A DNA stretch of 51,629 nt from an uncultured Verrucomicrobiota bacterium (GTDB lineage Bacteria > Verrucomicrobiota > Verrucomicrobiia > Limisphaerales > AAA164-E04), in contig CAYPZD010000020.1 in the NCBI GenBank assembly GCA_964415055.1, forward strand, positions 1 through 51,629, in the 5' to 3' direction. How positions within the stretch are numbered: position 1 is the first letter of the stretch; each line of letters begins with the position of its first letter. The position numbers were made by a program, and so were the translations under genes. The notes below the pieces were generated by a model. The model did no database searches, was not told the origin of the DNA, and was given only the letters and a program-made list of their open reading frames with translations. Below, piece after piece: positions 48,757 to 51,629 of the stretch.

Positions 48757-50160
48757 TCACCCAATGACCTCATTGATCGGGCCGTTGCCTTCTTCGACCA
48801 GAAGTGAGACGGGGCCGAGTTCGGGGAGGAACATTTTGGTGTGGTCAATGCCGAGTTGGTGGAGGATGGTGGCATGGAGATCGCTGTAGTAGTGGCGGTT
48901 TTCGACCGCTTCATACCCCACTTCGTCGGTGGCTCCGTGGACCACGCCCCCCTTGATGCCGCCACCAGCCATCCATGAGGTGTAGCCTTTGGGGTTATGA
49001 TCGCGGCCGGTGGTGTTTTGCGACCAGGGGGTGCGTCCGAATTCACTGGTCCAGATGACCAGTGTGTCGTCCAGCATTCCACGCTGCTTGAGGTCTTTGA
49101 TCAATCCAGCGATCGGCTTGTCCGTGGCGCGGCAATGGGGCGCATGTTCCTTCATGTCGCCATGGGCGTCCCATCCGCCGTTGCCGCCGCCCGCATGACA
49201 GATTTGAATGAACCGCACGCCCCGCTCGGCCAAGCGGCGCGCGAGAAGCAATTGTTTCCCGAAGGCCTGTGTGTGATCTTCGTCGATACCGTAGAGGGAT
49301 TGGATATGCGTCGGTTCCCCGGCGAGATCGACCGCCTCGGGCGCGGACAGTTGCATGCTGGCGGCGAGTTCGTAGGCTTTGATCCGAGCCTGAATATTCG
49401 AATCAATGGAGTAGCGGCGACGAAAGTCGGCATTCATCGTTTCCAGGACTTCCATTTGGCGGTCACGTTCGGTTGTTGATCCGGTCTTGGGCGGGTGAAG
49501 GTTTGGTATGGGCGTTTCACTGGCTTGGAAAGGGGTCGCAGAAACCGAAGCCCCCAGATAACCCCCGGTGAGTTGCACCGGTGACGATGGGCGTCCGATG
49601 TTCACGAAACTTGGAAGGTTCTTGTTCACACTGCCGAGCGCATGGGACACCCAACTGCCGAAGGACGGGTGATCGAACGCCCGGCCCCGGTGACCGGTCG
49701 TGGTTTCAATCACAGCAGGAAAATGGTTGCCCTCATGGCACCACATGGATCGTACCACCGCAATCTCATCCATGACGCTTCCGACATGTGGAAACCAATC
49801 GGATACGGGAGTCCCGGACTGTCCGTAGCGCGTAAAAGTGCGAAGGCAGGGGATGACGGGACGCCGCATCTCGGCCAGGTTGTCGCCAAATCCGATGGCG
49901 TCGATGAATTTTCCGGCGTGTTGGTTGCCTTTCGGGTCAAAGGTGTCGATATGGCTGACGCCTCCGCACATGAAAAGAAAAATGACCGACTTGGCTTTCG
50001 GTTGAAAATGGGGCCCCAGCATGGCGTCCTTGATTTCTCCTCCCTCCGCCCAGATACCACCCAGCGCCACACCGAGAAAACCACCTCCGGCACGATGGAG
50101 AAAATGACGTCGCGAAACTGGTTTGTTCGAAAATAAATGTGGATTCAAATCAGCGGACAT
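48757..50160 (-). CDS. DUF1501 domain protein
   Basis: SRRHFL, KAKSVIFLFMCGGVSHIDTFDPK, RRLAERGVRF, WDAH, SEFGRTP, GRDHNP. Confidence 0.95.
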   Translation of the reverse strand: MSADLNPHLFSNKPVSRRHFLHRAGGGFLGVALGGIWAEGGEIKDAMLGPHFQPKAKSVIFLFMCGGVSHIDTFDPKGNQHAGKFIDAIGFGDNLAEMRRPVIPCLRTFTRYGQSGTPVSDWFPHVGSVMDEIAVVRSMWCHEGNHFPAVIETTTGHRGRAFDHPSFGSWVSHALGSVNKNLPSFVNIGRPSSPVQLTGGYLGASVSATPFQASETPIPNLHPPKTGSTTERDRQMEVLETMNADFRRRYSIDSNIQARIKAYELAASMQLSAPEAVDLAGEPTHIQSLYGIDEDHTQAFGKQLLLARRLAERGVRFIQICHAGGGNGGWDAHGDMKEHAPHCRATDKPIAGLIKDLKQRGMLDDTLVIWTSEFGRTPWSQNTTGRDHNPKGYTSWMAGGGIKGGVVHGATDEVGYEAVENRHYYSDLHATILHQLGIDHTKMFLPELGPVSLLVEEGNGPINEVIG

Positions 50161-51628
50161 AGATGAATTCGTCGAGGTTGAAAAGGAGCCAGGCAAGGTG
50201 TTTGAGGCGTTTGGAGTTACCTTCGAGATAATCCATTGCCATGCTTGTTTCTGTATCCGTGGGCCGCCTTGAAACTGTCAAGCGGTAGGCAAGTTCTACC
50301 GCTTTGTTTAAATCGCCATCGGTCGTTTCGAGAACACGATCGGCAAATAGAATGGAAGCTTTTTCGACTTCCGGACTGTTCATCAGGAACAAGGCCTGCG
50401 GAGCGGTGACGGTTTGTGTGCGGATGGGGCAGGGCTCACGTCCATCATCCACGTCGAAGGTCTGTAGAAAATTGGGTGTGACGTCCCGGCTCGCCGAATA
50501 ACCACGCCTGATATACACACCTCGCCGTTGCTTCGTCGTGTCGTCGCTCGGGATGAAAGAAGGGCCGCCAACTTTCAGGTCAAGATGGTCTGCAGCCGAG
50601 TGAATGGAATCCCAGATCACCTCGGCTTCCAGTCGTTTTAGAGGGAACCGCCAGAGATAAACATTCCCGGGATCGATTGCCAGGGATTCCGCGGATGCCG
50701 GACCGGCATCCGACGCCATCCGGTATGCCTCAGAAGTTACGATGAGCCGGTGCATGTGCTTCATGCTGTAGCCGCTGCTCACGAACTCAGAAGCCAGCCA
50801 GTCGAGTAATGCCGGGTGCGACGGCATGCCTGTTTGACTCCCGAAATCACTGGGTTGTTTGTGCAATCCCTTACCAAAATGCCATTGCCACATGCGGTTC
50901 ACAGCAACACGGGCGAAGAGCGGATTCCCGGGGGCAGTGAGCCAGTCTGCAAACGCTTCAATACGACCGGCGCGAAAGTCAATGTTGTCGTCTGCAAATG
51001 GCCAGCCCGGCTGCACTTCGTTCTTCAACTCGGGGCGGGTCGGATCTGCGCTGGTCAGAATGTAGCTCGGTTCCCTTTCGCGAATACGATCGGTTTCTAC
51101 AGTGTGAAAGACCGGGATGCTTGGAGTGGGGCGACGATTTTTGTTCACTTCGTTGAGCCGTTTTTGCAATGCGCGAGATTGATCCCGTACCTCATCGGGA
51201 AGGATCTCGTTGATTTTGCCACCGTCGATTCGGAGGATCGGGAAGTAGTCGTCGGCGATCTTCTGTTCTTCGACGGTACGCTGGTTTTCGGGCTTCAGAA
51301 TCACGGCACGCACATCCGGCGGCAGCATCTCGACACGCTCGTTATAGAGGCGTTGTTTGAAGGGAGCGAGGAGTTCTTCCAATTCTTTTTCCAATGGAGC
51401 GCGCGCCTTTTGGTTCTCGGCCATGACCTTGCCGGCTTCCAGCAGCGTTTCCGCGCTTGCCAAAGTCACCTTTCGTAAAACAAGAGGATCAAACAACGCC
51501 TTCATGGAGTAGTAGTCTCTCATTGATATGGGATCAAACATGTGATCGTGGCATTTGGCGCAGGCAACAGTCACCCCCATGAATGCCGAGGAAACGGTGT
51601 CCACAGCGTTGATGGCCAGATTGCCGCC
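50150..51628 (-). CDS. DUF1549/DUF1553 domain protein, 5'-truncated by the window edge
   Basis: CAKCHDHMFDP, NRMWQWHFGKG, HPALLDWLA, APQALFLMN; reading frame open to the edge. Confidence 0.93.
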   Translation of the reverse strand, partial: GGNLAINAVDTVSSAFMGVTVACAKCHDHMFDPISMRDYYSMKALFDPLVLRKVTLASAETLLEAGKVMAENQKARAPLEKELEELLAPFKQRLYNERVEMLPPDVRAVILKPENQRTVEEQKIADDYFPILRIDGGKINEILPDEVRDQSRALQKRLNEVNKNRRPTPSIPVFHTVETDRIREREPSYILTSADPTRPELKNEVQPGWPFADDNIDFRAGRIEAFADWLTAPGNPLFARVAVNRMWQWHFGKGLHKQPSDFGSQTGMPSHPALLDWLASEFVSSGYSMKHMHRLIVTSEAYRMASDAGPASAESLAIDPGNVYLWRFPLKRLEAEVIWDSIHSAADHLDLKVGGPSFIPSDDTTKQRRGVYIRRGYSASRDVTPNFLQTFDVDDGREPCPIRTQTVTAPQALFLMNSPEVEKASILFADRVLETTDGDLNKAVELAYRLTVSRRPTDTETSMAMDYLEGNSKRLKHLAWLLFNLDEFIYVR

Positions 51629-51629
51629 G

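Overview
A gene-dense bacterial chromosome segment, almost certainly PVC superphylum and most likely Verrucomicrobiota. The basis is two PVC-type heme-binding CxxCH proteins, two DUF1549/DUF1553 + DUF1501 pairs, two sulfatases and several large secreted hydrolase-like proteins. It also contains tRNA-Ala(CGC), with an AT-rich possible island edge beyond its 3' end, and a zeta-toxin-like gene pair. Other genes are iscA-hscB, a DUF5690 membrane protein, a beta-propeller histidine kinase, phnA-phnY (phosphonoacetate route), hldD-asmA-lipoprotein, a CehA/McbA-like metallohydrolase, purE and an M1 aminopeptidase. At least three REP/REPIN families and several 7- and 9-mer short tandem repeats fill the intergenic gaps. 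Two features stand out. (1) An unannotated ~240 nt minus-strand structured RNA candidate at ~40330-40612, with a sigma54-type promoter, a C(UUCG)G hairpin, a long rod-like fold and six CGCAC motifs. (2) A compact operon of ABC permease, ABC ATPase, classical AAA+ ATPase and a two-TM TAXI-domain protein, with no normal binding protein and no TRAP permease. All family calls are from motif recognition by eye; no searches were run.
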